Below, piece by piece: positions 1 through 8,448 of a DNA stretch of 53,158 bases. The stretch is from NCBI GenBank assembly GCA_038256095.1, contig JBBSKS010000001.1, positions 1 through 53,158 on the forward strand, given 5' to 3'. This stretch comes from Actinomycetales bacterium (GTDB lineage: Bacteria > Actinomycetota > Actinomycetes > Actinomycetales > Dermatophilaceae). The notes under the pieces are model-generated. The model had not been told where the DNA came from, did not search any database, and was given only the letters and a program-made list of their open reading frames with translations. A program made the position numbers and the translations under genes. Numbering within the stretch: the first letter of the stretch is position 1; the number at the start of each line of letters is the position of its first letter.

Positions 1-413
1 CCCACCTGCCCGAACGAGTCCACGACCCCGTTTGCGCCACGGAGCACGAGGGCGTCGTCGCCGTTCCAGAAGCCCACGCCGGTCGTTTGCTGCGCAAAGG
101 CAGCCAGTGAGGTGGCGGCCAGGACGTGCGTTTGACCTGGTTCCAGCGACCCCGTCAATGTGATGTCGACATTCGCCGTCGTCGTTCCGTTGAAGTAGAC
201 CTCAGGGGTGTAACTGCTCAGGCCGATAGTGCGATCGGTGCCGTTGAAGAACTCGATCGCTTTATTCAACGAAGACCCCTTCCACGTATTCGCTGATGAT
301 GAGGTCTGTTGCTACCTCAGCAGAGTTCGCTGGCACGGTTGCCACCACCCCCGCAGAACTCAGCGCCAAGACCCCAGGGCCGCAGTCGTCATCTTCGAGA
401 TAGATCGAGGCAT
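1..413 (-). pseudogene. Frameshifted 5' part of a secreted lamin-tail-domain (LTD) protein, ExeM/NucH-like extracellular nuclease N-terminus; runs off the left edge
   Basis: Manual translation from ATG 413 gives MPRSISKMTTAALG, a shift at the G-run 372-375, signal-like VLALSSAGVVATVPANSAEVATDLIISEYVEG, a shift at the G-run 276-279, then SSLNKAIEFFNGT...FWNGDDALVL...VVDSFGQVG. This is the typical LTD signature. In-frame TGA at 362-360. Confidence 0.7.
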
Positions 414-470
414 TGATGTATCACATTCCTGGTAAAAGCACGTGTTATCGGGCATGTGCGATAGCCAGGA

Positions 471-1670
471 TTATGGCAACTCAATGTCGTCAAGCCCGAG
501 CCAGTAAGCCATATCTTCTAGGCGCCCTACTAGGGACTCCGCAGCACCGCAAGGGGCCGAAGGCTCGTAGGCAATGGCGTGCACGATCAAAACGCCGCGC
601 CCGCGATCGGCTTTCACATCGACTCGTGCCACCAATTCCCCATCGAGCAGAAAAGGCAAGACGTAGTACCCGTAGATCCGTTTGTGTTTGGGGGTATAGA
701 TTTCCAACCGGTATCGGAAGCCAAAAAGCTGCTCGGCACGATCTCTCTGCCATATCAGCGAGTCAAAGGGGCTCAGCAATGCCGTCCCACGACTCTGACG
801 CGGCACCCGCGCCTCTGGGTGCAAGAACGCATCGCGATTCCACCCGGAAATGGTCACCGGCTGCAATTCACCCTTGGCAACTAATGAAGCCAGCGCCACT
901 CGGGCGACACCGGGGCGCAACCGGAAGTAGTCACGCAAGCAGGCCTCTGTGCCCACCCCGTGAGCCTTCGCCGAAAGCAGCAGGAGGTATTCCGCGCATT
1001 CTTGCTCGCTGTGCTGGGACGGTGAGCCTGGTCCCCGCGCGATGACGCCCGATGGGAGCACCGATCCCACCGGCGCGTAGAGCCGTTCGAATTGAGCAGT
1101 CCGGCCCTTGCTGCTGATTGATCCCACTGCGAAGAGGTGTTCCAGACATTGCTTCACCGCAGACCAGTTCCACCCCCAGTGCCCCGTCCGCGTGGCACCC
1201 GCAGCAGGCAACGCTGCCTCAACTTGGCGAGACGTCATACCCCGGTGATCTTCCACGACGTCCCGCACGGCCGCCAGTAACCCTGGGTGTTGCGCAGCAA
1301 GCGACTCCCCCTCGGCCAACCACCGCGGAGAGCGCATGCGAAAGGTCAGGTAGGGCCAACTCGTCACCGGAATCAAACTGGCCTCGTGTGCCCAATACTC
1401 GACCAGGGGTACCGCGCTGCGTCGGGCACTCGCGCGATCACACAGACCATCGACAAGGCTCCGGTCGTAGAACCCCAGTCGTGAATAGAACGGCAGATAG
1501 TGACTCCGCGAGACCACATTGACGCTGTCGATCTGCACGATCTGCACCCGATCAATGACGCGCTTCACGTGCCGAGGCGTGACCTGGCTTACGGCAGGAT
1601 CATAGAAGCCCTGCGCGGCGAGCGCGATCCGACGAGCTTGCGCCCCGCTGAGGTTGCGCACCCGGCTCAT
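471..1670 (-). CDS. YcaQ-like (HTH_42 winged-helix) DNA crosslink-repair glycosylase
   Basis: QIDSVNVV (QxD motif), EYWAHEAS, LLSPFDSLIW and YGYYVLPFL. Start moved to ATG 1670, which overlaps the TGA of the upstream remnant. Confidence 0.88.
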   Translation of the reverse strand: MSRVRNLSGAQARRIALAAQGFYDPAVSQVTPRHVKRVIDRVQIVQIDSVNVVSRSHYLPFYSRLGFYDRSLVDGLCDRASARRSAVPLVEYWAHEASLIPVTSWPYLTFRMRSPRWLAEGESLAAQHPGLLAAVRDVVEDHRGMTSRQVEAALPAAGATRTGHWGWNWSAVKQCLEHLFAVGSISSKGRTAQFERLYAPVGSVLPSGVIARGPGSPSQHSEQECAEYLLLLSAKAHGVGTEACLRDYFRLRPGVARVALASLVAKGELQPVTISGWNRDAFLHPEARVPRQSRGTALLSPFDSLIWQRDRAEQLFGFRYRLEIYTPKHKRIYGYYVLPFLLDGELVARVDVKADRGRGVLIVHAIAYEPSAPCGAAESLVGRLEDMAYWLGLDDIELP

Positions 1671-2261
1671 GAGCAACTCACCATCCCTGCCCGGTCGAAC
1701 AAGTGATCGCGCTCGGCCCCGTTCTCGCTGCATGCCCGTGCCCGCTCGAACTCCATGCCGGCCGCGTGGCGGCGACCACACCTGGCCAACAATTCCGCCC
1801 GGGTGCTGTGGAAGTACACGTAGCTAGCCAACTCGGAGGCACGGCGCAGACCCGCGCTCGCATCCAGCGCCATGAGCCCGGCTTCACCCCCGCGCGCATA
1901 CGAGACCGCGATCGATCGATGGAGGGTGACCAGTGGTCCCAAGAATCTGCGTCGAGGGAGTCATAGACCAAGATGATGGCCTTCCAATTGGTCATCTCGA
2001 AGGTCGTCGCTGCTGCGTGTAGAGCGGCCATGGCGGCCTGATACTGGTACGGCGCGCCGCGGCCACCGGCGTGCGCCCGGGTCAAGAACTCCGGGCCTCG
2101 AGCGATCATCGCGGCCCTTCGAAGAAGATCGAGTAGATCACGGCGCTGACGGCCGGCAACCGCTGCTCCAACGTATGCCGGTCGCTGCGGGTAAACGGGA
2201 TCTCGGCGGCGGCGCGCGCGAAGACGTCGGCGACATCGTCACTGCCGAGTGCTCTGTTCAC
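1667..2261 (-). pseudogene. ECF42-type (DUF6596/TPR-tailed) RNA polymerase sigma factor remnant
   Basis: Three fragments in different frames: EIPF...RLPAVSAVIYSIFFEG; MIARG...GAPYQYQAAMAALHA...NWKAIILVYD; PLVTLHRSIAV...YFHSTRAELLARCGR...NGAER. Sigma2 and sigma4 regions are absent. Confidence 0.75.
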
Positions 2262-2416
2262 GGACCCACCCCACGCAAACTCACGCACCCGGCAACACAA
2301 GCAACGGTCAGAGCGTGCGTGTCGGCGAACCATCGCTGCATCTCGGAGCCGAATTCGGCCGACGTAGGGTCGGGGCAGTCAGCAGGATCGTTGTGCAGCA
2401 AGGACATGTACTTCAT
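2258..2416 (-). pseudogene. Truncated YciI/DGPF-family protein
   Basis: MKYMSLLHNDPADCPDPTSAEFGSEMQRW matches the DGPF N-terminus. Strong AAAGGAG RBS. Only 52 aa and lacks the DGPF motif. GTGA overlap with the sigma remnant. Confidence 0.65.
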
Positions 2417-2466
2417 GATGGATCTCCTTTGTGGGTGGGCCCCTTCTATGCCCCTGTCACACCTAG

Positions 2467-2493
2467 GTCGAGGGGCACCTCTCAATTCGGACA
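2467..2493 (-). promoter_or_regulatory. Putative ECF42-type promoter (TGTCCG-N17-CGAC)
   Basis: Resembles the TGTCGA/CG(A/T)C consensus of ECF42 targets upstream of DGPF genes. Confidence 0.4.
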
Positions 2494-2541
2494 CCTTGGC
2501 CCACTTTCTTCCGCGAGGGCCGCCGCTGATCCCAGAACGCG

Positions 2542-2590
2542 CAACGGGTGAGGCGAAGCGAACGACGAGTCCGCTCTTCCTCACCCGTTG
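2542..2590 (-). terminator. Hairpin downstream of hpf
   Basis: CAACGGGTGAGG...CCTCACCCGTTG, a 12-bp perfect inverted repeat with further internal pairing, 13 nt after the hpf stop. Confidence 0.65.
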
Positions 2591-2603
2591 GCACTGACAC
2601 TTT

Positions 2604-3272
2604 CTAGCCGACGGCTGCGGCGCTCTCCTCCTCAGCAACGGATCCGTCTTCACTGAGGTGAAGCACCCCGTAGGACCAGCCGCGGCGGCGATAGACCACC
2701 GAAGGCAAACCGGATGCTTCGTCGTGGAAAAGGAAGAAGTCGTGACCCACGAGTTCCATTTCGTTAAGGGCTTCCCCCACGCTCATGGGGGTGGATGCAT
2801 GCACCTTTTGCCGCAACTCGATGGGGCTATTGCCCTGGGTTCCCAGAGCGTTGTCTATGGCTTCGGCAGGGTCCTGCTCCGCAACCTCTGCAACCGGCGC
2901 GACCAGTGGCTCGGTGGGCAGCCCGAAGGTCGCCTCTGACACGGACGGGAGGCGGTGCTTGCCGGTGTGGCTAATGCGTCGCTTGTCGTTCGTGCGTCGC
3001 AGTCGCTCCAGGAGCTTGGTCATGGCGAGGTCTAGCGCTGCGTATTCGTCATCGGCGGCAGCTTCAGCGCGCACGACGGACCGGGTGACGTAGCACGTGA
3101 TCTCAACGCGCTCGCTCTCTTTGGCAAGTCGTGGGTTGGCCTCACTAGTCAAGACGACGTCGATGCGCGACACACGCGGAGCAACGTTGGGAATCTTCTC
3201 CAGCTTTTCGTCGAGGTGTCGTCGGAAGCGGTCCGAGACTGTCTTCTTGCGACCGGTCACAGTGATGTCCAT
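2604..3272 (-). CDS. hpf: Ribosome hibernation promoting factor (long HPF/RaiA)
   Basis: MDITVTGRK...VEITC...AALDLAMTKL...PMSVGEALNEMELVGHDFFLF...VVYRRRGWSYG. AAGGAG RBS before ATG 3272. Confidence 0.95.
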   Translation of the reverse strand: MDITVTGRKKTVSDRFRRHLDEKLEKIPNVAPRVSRIDVVLTSEANPRLAKESERVEITCYVTRSVVRAEAAADDEYAALDLAMTKLLERLRRTNDKRRISHTGKHRLPSVSEATFGLPTEPLVAPVAEVAEQDPAEAIDNALGTQGNSPIELRQKVHASTPMSVGEALNEMELVGHDFFLFHDEASGLPSVVYRRRGWSYGVLHLSEDGSVAEEESAAAVG

Positions 3273-3303
3273 GGAGACTCCTTGTAAAGGTAATGGGTCA
3301 TAA

Positions 3304-3409
3304 GGGCAGTCATCTGCCCGAAGATGTGTGCCGCCCACCCCCCATCGGCGCGCTGAACGAGGCCACCGGATCGATGTCGCTTCGACGCGCCCTCATAGTC
3401 CTCACCATA
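3304..3409 (-). promoter_or_regulatory. hpf leader: -10 TATGGT, two hairpins and a possible leaderless uORF
   Basis: TATGGT at 3409-3404; hairpins at 3347-3391 and 3304-3336; ATG 3396 to TGA 3310. Confidence 0.4.
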
Positions 3410-3443
3410 GTCCCGACAGGGCCGGTGGGGAACTCTGAAAACG

Positions 3444-4163
3444 TCACGATCCCGCCAGGGTTGTCCCCCGCCGAGCCGTGGCGGCAACCGTTATTGCCAA
3501 GAGCGGGCCGCTCGCAACCGTACGCAGCGTTGCTGACGCCTCGGCCAGGGTGTTTCCGGTGGTGGTGATGTCGTCCACGACGAGGATGGGCACATCTCGT
3601 ATGCCGTCTGCCATCTGCGGAACCAGCCGCATCGCGCCGGAGATGTTCTCGCCGCGCTGATGCTGGTCCAGCCCGGCCTGGTCGGCCACCCCGCGCCCCA
3701 AAGTCAAGGCGTCAACCCGGTGCAACAACGGGCGCGGACCGCGTTGCGCGCGGACAAGATGGTCCACGAGATCCCCGACGGGGAAACGACCTCTAGCGCG
3801 TGTGCTCTGGGCTCGCGATGGGACGGCAATGACCGCCACCCTGCCTTCCTGCGTTGCCGTGTCACACCACTGCGGCGAAGCATCCATGGCTACTCGTAGC
3901 GCCCCACAAAGAAGCGGCCCGAGGACCGCGCTGAGGTCAGCGCGATCCTGGTCCTTCCACGCGACGATGACCCGAGCGGCCACCCCCTGGTATGCGGTCG
4001 CGGCCCACGTCGTCGGCATACCAGCAGGCACGGGCAACGGGGCCGCCGGTCGAGGATTGAGATCGCGCAGGACGGTGCGGCAGTCGAGGCAGTATTGCTC
4101 CCCCGAGATGCCGCAGCCGGCACACCTGCGGGGCAACACCAGTTCCACAACGTCGCGCAGCAT
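3444..4163 (-). CDS. comF: ComF family phosphoribosyltransferase-domain protein
   Basis: N-terminal CAGC...CLDC zinc ribbon and VVDDITTTGNTL PRPP loop. Conserved position between lpqB and hpf. Confidence 0.9.
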   Translation of the reverse strand: MLRDVVELVLPRRCAGCGISGEQYCLDCRTVLRDLNPRPAAPLPVPAGMPTTWAATAYQGVAARVIVAWKDQDRADLSAVLGPLLCGALRVAMDASPQWCDTATQEGRVAVIAVPSRAQSTRARGRFPVGDLVDHLVRAQRGPRPLLHRVDALTLGRGVADQAGLDQHQRGENISGAMRLVPQMADGIRDVPILVVDDITTTGNTLAEASATLRTVASGPLLAITVAATARRGTTLAGS

Positions 4164-4238
4164 TCGAGCAGCCTGACACCCCTGATCCGCGCCCGTTTGA
4201 CGACTGTGGACAGACGTCTGCGCGAGTGAGTGAGTGGG

Positions 4239-6041
4239 TCAGCCTGTGGGCACGATGACGTCGTCTCCATTGCGATAGGGGAACCAACCCGTACCTTCTT
4301 GGGTGTAGACCCGCCCGTCGCCGGTCACGATGGCCAATTCGTACCCGATCACGGTGGGCATTGCCACGAATTTTTGGGCATCTTCCTCCGGGCGTAGAGG
4401 CTCGATCCATCCGCCGATGGACACCAGATGGGGCCGATCTTCATCGTCAGCAGCTTGGTGCCCGAGCACCGCCAGATCCTCCGGTGACCCCCACGACACG
4501 CCGGTCACCGACTCCAAAGTGGGTGCAATGTCCCGTGGCGCGGTCAGACCCGTCGGGCGCCCTCGCTCGTCTCTGATGATTCCGCTCAAGAACAAGTGTG
4601 CGGTCGCCCCCTCACGGATAATCAGCGCCGCGCGTTGGCCGTCGGGGGCGACCGTGATGGCCTCGACCGTGGATCCTCGCTGCAGCCAATCAGCGTCCAT
4701 CGGAGTGGCCAACGCCCCGACCCCGTCACGGGTGTCGATGGCCCAAACCTGCGGCCCGGTCGATGAACGACCCGCAACCCACAACGAATTCAGACCGTCA
4801 AACGATGGCTCGCTCAGTTGGGTGCCGATGTCTGTGCGCTCAATTTCCTGCGTGCCGACGCGGCGCCACAAGGTGCTTCTCGTCATATCCACCCCGGCGA
4901 ACTGGCCGGTCTCGGGCGTCATGGCGAGGTCGAGCCATTTCCGGGGAACCGTTGGCAGGTCAAGGGCCTCGGCTTGCTCGGATTTAACGTCGCGCAGCGC
5001 GTAATTGGCCGGATCGACAGGGGTGAGGGTTTCGCCCACTCGCAAGACGGCATACGTCGGGGGGTCGGGAGCTGGCGCCATGTTGACCTCCTCAAGGGAT
5101 GACACCGGCCCCTGCACACCCGGCGCGGGTAGCGGCTGCCCGTTAATCTGCAACTGGACGTCGCGCACTCCCGGGGCTTGCGTCAACGTCTGGAAGAACT
5201 GCGCGTACAACGAGCGCACCGCAGCGGGGTCCTCGGTGATGCCAGCGCCTTGCAGATTGACGGTAGCGGTGCCCGTTGCGGGGTCGACCGGTACCGCGCC
5301 CGCGACGAGGTTGGTGCCTTCGGTCGCCTCGGTGACCACGGCGTCTTTGAGATAGGGCGGGACAGGTGCCAAGAGCGCCCGCGCCAGCGCCGTCGGCAAT
5401 CCATCATCTCGTGAGAACCACCGGGTCTCCGGTACAAAGGAGGCGCGGTCAGGGCTCAGATAGTTGATCGCAGCCGTGCCGTACTGCGCTTCGAACGCGC
5501 TGACCGAGAGCCACAACCCAAAGTCCTCGGGGAAGGAATTGATGCGCCACTGGCCGTCGACCTGGGTCACGCCGAACTCCTCGTTCCTGCTGCTGCCTGC
5601 GCTAGCCTCATTCAACAGGCCATCGCCGTCTAGAGCACCCTGCACACTCACCTGGGCGGAGACGGTTCCGTCTGTGGGGCTAGTCAGCGAGTAGCCGGTA
5701 TAGATCAAGATGTGGCTCGTCGGCACCCACTCCGTTGCCAACGTGTCCGTGAGATACGCCCGCGCCACCTCGTGACTGTCGTTGAAGCTCACGTTGGCGA
5801 GGAGGAATCCACGCACGATTTGCTCTGGACCTTGTCCAACCCCCGGTTCTTCGGGAAACACCTCGATGACCTGCCGCGGCTGTCCGAGCACGGCCTCACC
5901 GGCGCGTGGGGTGCCGTCTGTCGGCAGACCACCACACGCCGCCAGTGCCATCGTCATCGCACACATCAAAGCCACCCACCCGCGACGACACTGTCGTCGC
6001 AAGGACGCCTGGCTTGGGCTCGTTCTCTTTAGACGCATCAT
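4239..6041 (-). CDS. lpqB: Lipoprotein LpqB (GerMN plus beta-propeller)
   Basis: Lipobox LAAC, PEQIVRGFL...ARAYLT, APDGQRAAL. ATGA-coupled to mtrB. Confidence 0.9.
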   Translation of the reverse strand: MMRLKRTSPSQASLRRQCRRGWVALMCAMTMALAACGGLPTDGTPRAGEAVLGQPRQVIEVFPEEPGVGQGPEQIVRGFLLANVSFNDSHEVARAYLTDTLATEWVPTSHILIYTGYSLTSPTDGTVSAQVSVQGALDGDGLLNEASAGSSRNEEFGVTQVDGQWRINSFPEDFGLWLSVSAFEAQYGTAAINYLSPDRASFVPETRWFSRDDGLPTALARALLAPVPPYLKDAVVTEATEGTNLVAGAVPVDPATGTATVNLQGAGITEDPAAVRSLYAQFFQTLTQAPGVRDVQLQINGQPLPAPGVQGPVSSLEEVNMAPAPDPPTYAVLRVGETLTPVDPANYALRDVKSEQAEALDLPTVPRKWLDLAMTPETGQFAGVDMTRSTLWRRVGTQEIERTDIGTQLSEPSFDGLNSLWVAGRSSTGPQVWAIDTRDGVGALATPMDADWLQRGSTVEAITVAPDGQRAALIIREGATAHLFLSGIIRDERGRPTGLTAPRDIAPTLESVTGVSWGSPEDLAVLGHQAADDEDRPHLVSIGGWIEPLRPEEDAQKFVAMPTVIGYELAIVTGDGRVYTQEGTGWFPYRNGDDVIVPTG

Positions 6042-7660
6042 TGCGGCACCTCTTGATCTGCTAGCTCGGCGAGCGGCCCGTGTTCCAACTCTTCGGCAGG
6101 GCGGTCCTCAATGACGAAGCGCCTCAGGACGTGCCCGGTACGCCGGGGCAACGTCAGGCGGAAGCACGCACCCTGGCCAACAGCACCCGCGGCCTCGAGG
6201 CGGCCCCCATGCAAATGAGCGTCTTCTCGAGCGATAGCCAACCCGAGGCCCGTTCCTCCAGTGGTCCGGGTGCGGGCGGCATCGGCACGCCAAAAACGCT
6301 CAAAGACCTGCTCGCTCTGGCCCGCACGCAGGCCGATCCCGTGATCGCGAACCCAGACCGCAACCACGTCATCGTTGTGATCAAAGCCGACCTTGATGGG
6401 CGCCGACTCCCCGTGCTCCACGGCGTTCATCAACAAATTCCGCAACACCCGGGTCACTCGTCGCGAGTCCATTTCGGCCATGATCACCGGGCTACCGAGG
6501 ACCGTCACCGTGCTCCCCTCCCGTGCTGCCAAGGGTCGGACCGAGGCCACTACGTGATGCGTGAGAGCCACGATATCTACCGGTTGAGCTTCCATCTCCA
6601 TCGCTCCCGAGTCATACCTGCTGATCTCTAGGAGGTCTTCCAAGAGTTCTTCGAAGCGGTCCAGCTCGCTGTAGAGCAATTCGGCGGACCGAGCCACCGG
6701 CTTCACGAAGTCGTCCCGCGACGCGTGCAACACCTCGCCGGCCATCCGGATGGTGGTCAGCGGGGTGCGCAATTCGTGCGAGACGTCAGAGACGAAGCGC
6801 TGTTGAACCAACGAGAGTTGTTTCAACTGCTGGATTTGGCTTTGCAGGCTGTCGGCCATGGTGTTGAACGATGACGCCAGACGCGCGAGTTCGTCGGTTC
6901 CGTTGACGTCCATGCGCTCATCGAGTTGACCCTGCGCGAGCCCCTGGCTGACCGTCGCCGCCTGCCCAACGGGGCCGGTGACCAAGCGCGCGGCCATCCA
7001 CGCCAGGCCACCGATGACGAGCATCAGACCCACACCACCGATGAGAAACCACTCGCGCACCAGATCCAAGATTTCTTGCTCGCGGTCCATCGGATAGATC
7101 AGGACAAGATCGTAGGGCCCGGCTCGGGGAATCTGCACCCGCGAGGCCACGGCCACGGCGACTTCCGGTTGGCCGGGGTCCATAAAGGGGACCGAGGTCA
7201 CCACAACTTGTTGCAGGCCGGGCGTTTGTTGAAGCGCCTCCCGCAGCAGGGGCGGCACATCCGCGATGCCCATCCCACCCACCGTCACCGGGGAAATCAA
7301 CGGGTCTCGGTCGCTATCGAGCGACTGCACCAACACTGCGCGTCGATCGTCACCGTTCCCCCCGCCGATGACCTGATTCATGGTGTCGCCAGCGGCCTGA
7401 GACAGCCCGGAATCGTCACGCCGATCGGTCGCGTCCAAGAGTTCTTGGGCTTGCTGCACCTGCTGCGCCGCGTCATTCTGAGACCTCGCCACGGCCTGGG
7501 CCACCAAACCATCAGCGACCTGCTGGTAGAGGATCGTCCCCAGGATGGCCGCCAAGACCGTGCCTGAGATCAGTGTCGCCACGGTCACTCGGACCCGCAG
7601 TGAAGAACGCCACCACCTCACCAGGGGACGGCGCGTGAACGCAAAGACGCGGGCAAACAC
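6038..7660 (-). CDS. mtrB: Sensor histidine kinase MtrB
   Basis: WRSSLRVRV, two TMs, HAMP, SDVSHELRTPLT, RFWRADAARTRTTGGTGLGL. Confidence 0.93.
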   Translation of the reverse strand: MFARVFAFTRRPLVRWWRSSLRVRVTVATLISGTVLAAILGTILYQQVADGLVAQAVARSQNDAAQQVQQAQELLDATDRRDDSGLSQAAGDTMNQVIGGGNGDDRRAVLVQSLDSDRDPLISPVTVGGMGIADVPPLLREALQQTPGLQQVVVTSVPFMDPGQPEVAVAVASRVQIPRAGPYDLVLIYPMDREQEILDLVREWFLIGGVGLMLVIGGLAWMAARLVTGPVGQAATVSQGLAQGQLDERMDVNGTDELARLASSFNTMADSLQSQIQQLKQLSLVQQRFVSDVSHELRTPLTTIRMAGEVLHASRDDFVKPVARSAELLYSELDRFEELLEDLLEISRYDSGAMEMEAQPVDIVALTHHVVASVRPLAAREGSTVTVLGSPVIMAEMDSRRVTRVLRNLLMNAVEHGESAPIKVGFDHNDDVVAVWVRDHGIGLRAGQSEQVFERFWRADAARTRTTGGTGLGLAIAREDAHLHGGRLEAAGAVGQGACFRLTLPRRTGHVLRRFVIEDRPAEELEHGPLAELADQEVPQ

Positions 7661-7685
7661 GCGGATCAGTTGCCAGCGCCGCGAC

Positions 7686-8363
7686 TTAGGCAGACCCTGC
7701 CTTGTAGCCGACGCCCCGCACCGTCAGCACGATTTGGGGGTTCTCCGGGTCCCGTTCGATCTTCGAACGCAACCGCTGCACGTGAACGTTGACGAGTCTG
7801 GTGTCGCCTGCGTGCCGGTAGCCCCACACCTGCTCCAGCAACGATTCCCGATCAAATGCCTGGTGTGGGCGCCCGGCGAGCGCAACCAGGAGGTCGAACT
7901 CCAAAGGCGTCAAGGGCACAACTTCCCCGGCGCGGGTCACCGAGTGACCGGACACGTCGATCACGACGTCCCCGATCCGGAGCTCCTCTTCCCGGTAGCG
8001 GTCGACGCGACGCAGTCGAGCCCGCACGCGGGCCAGTAACTCCTGGGGCTTAAACGGTTTGACGATGTAATCGTCGGCTCCAGCCTCCAGACCTGCCACG
8101 ACGTCCTGGGAGTCGGTGCGCGCGGTCAACATCACGATCGGCACGCCCGACTCGGCGCGCAACTGACGGCATACCTCGACACCGTTGAGGGTCGGCAGCA
8201 TGACGTCTAAGAGAACGAGATCGGGCCGGTAGTCGCGGAACATCGCCAAGGCCCGACCGCCGTCTGCGCAGTGAGCAACGTCTAGGTCTTCTTTGCGCAG
8301 CACGATGCCTAGCATCTCCGCGAGCGCCTGATCGTCATCGACCACCAGTATGCGTGGGTTCAC
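7686..8363 (-). CDS. mtrA: Response regulator MtrA
   Basis: ALAEMLGIVL; LLEQVWGYRHAGDTRLVNVHVQRLRSKIE. Confidence 0.96.
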   Translation of the reverse strand: MNPRILVVDDDQALAEMLGIVLRKEDLDVAHCADGGRALAMFRDYRPDLVLLDVMLPTLNGVEVCRQLRAESGVPIVMLTARTDSQDVVAGLEAGADDYIVKPFKPQELLARVRARLRRVDRYREEELRIGDVVIDVSGHSVTRAGEVVPLTPLEFDLLVALAGRPHQAFDRESLLEQVWGYRHAGDTRLVNVHVQRLRSKIERDPENPQIVLTVRGVGYKAGSA

Positions 8364-8405
8364 GTCACTTGCCTTCTTAAGCCGATGGTGCAGGGACTGA
8401 GCGTC

Positions 8406-8448
8406 ACGTCAGTATCGCTAACGTCAGTGGTGGTAAACGTCAGTATCG
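8406..8448. repeat. Three ACGTCAGT direct repeats (two as ACGTCAGTATCG)
   Basis: Copies start at 8406, 8421 and 8437. The last copy includes the ahcY stop codon. Confidence 0.6.

Noticed and set aside
413-1045. 210-aa plus-strand ORF and the many other long antisense or alternate-frame ORFs (e.g. 12309-13193, 39344-40390, 44685-45734, 51014-51991)
   Set aside because: Shadow ORFs expected in high-GC DNA. They overlap well-supported genes and carry no recognisable motifs.
3273-3443. Canonical raiA motif ncRNA
   Set aside because: The position fits, but the region is short and lacks the GCCAGYCGCAGGC core. Reported only as an unassigned structured leader.
4200-4240. DnaA-box-like CTGTCCACA and a GAGT microsatellite upstream of comF
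   Set aside because: A single mismatched box and three short repeats are compatible with chance.
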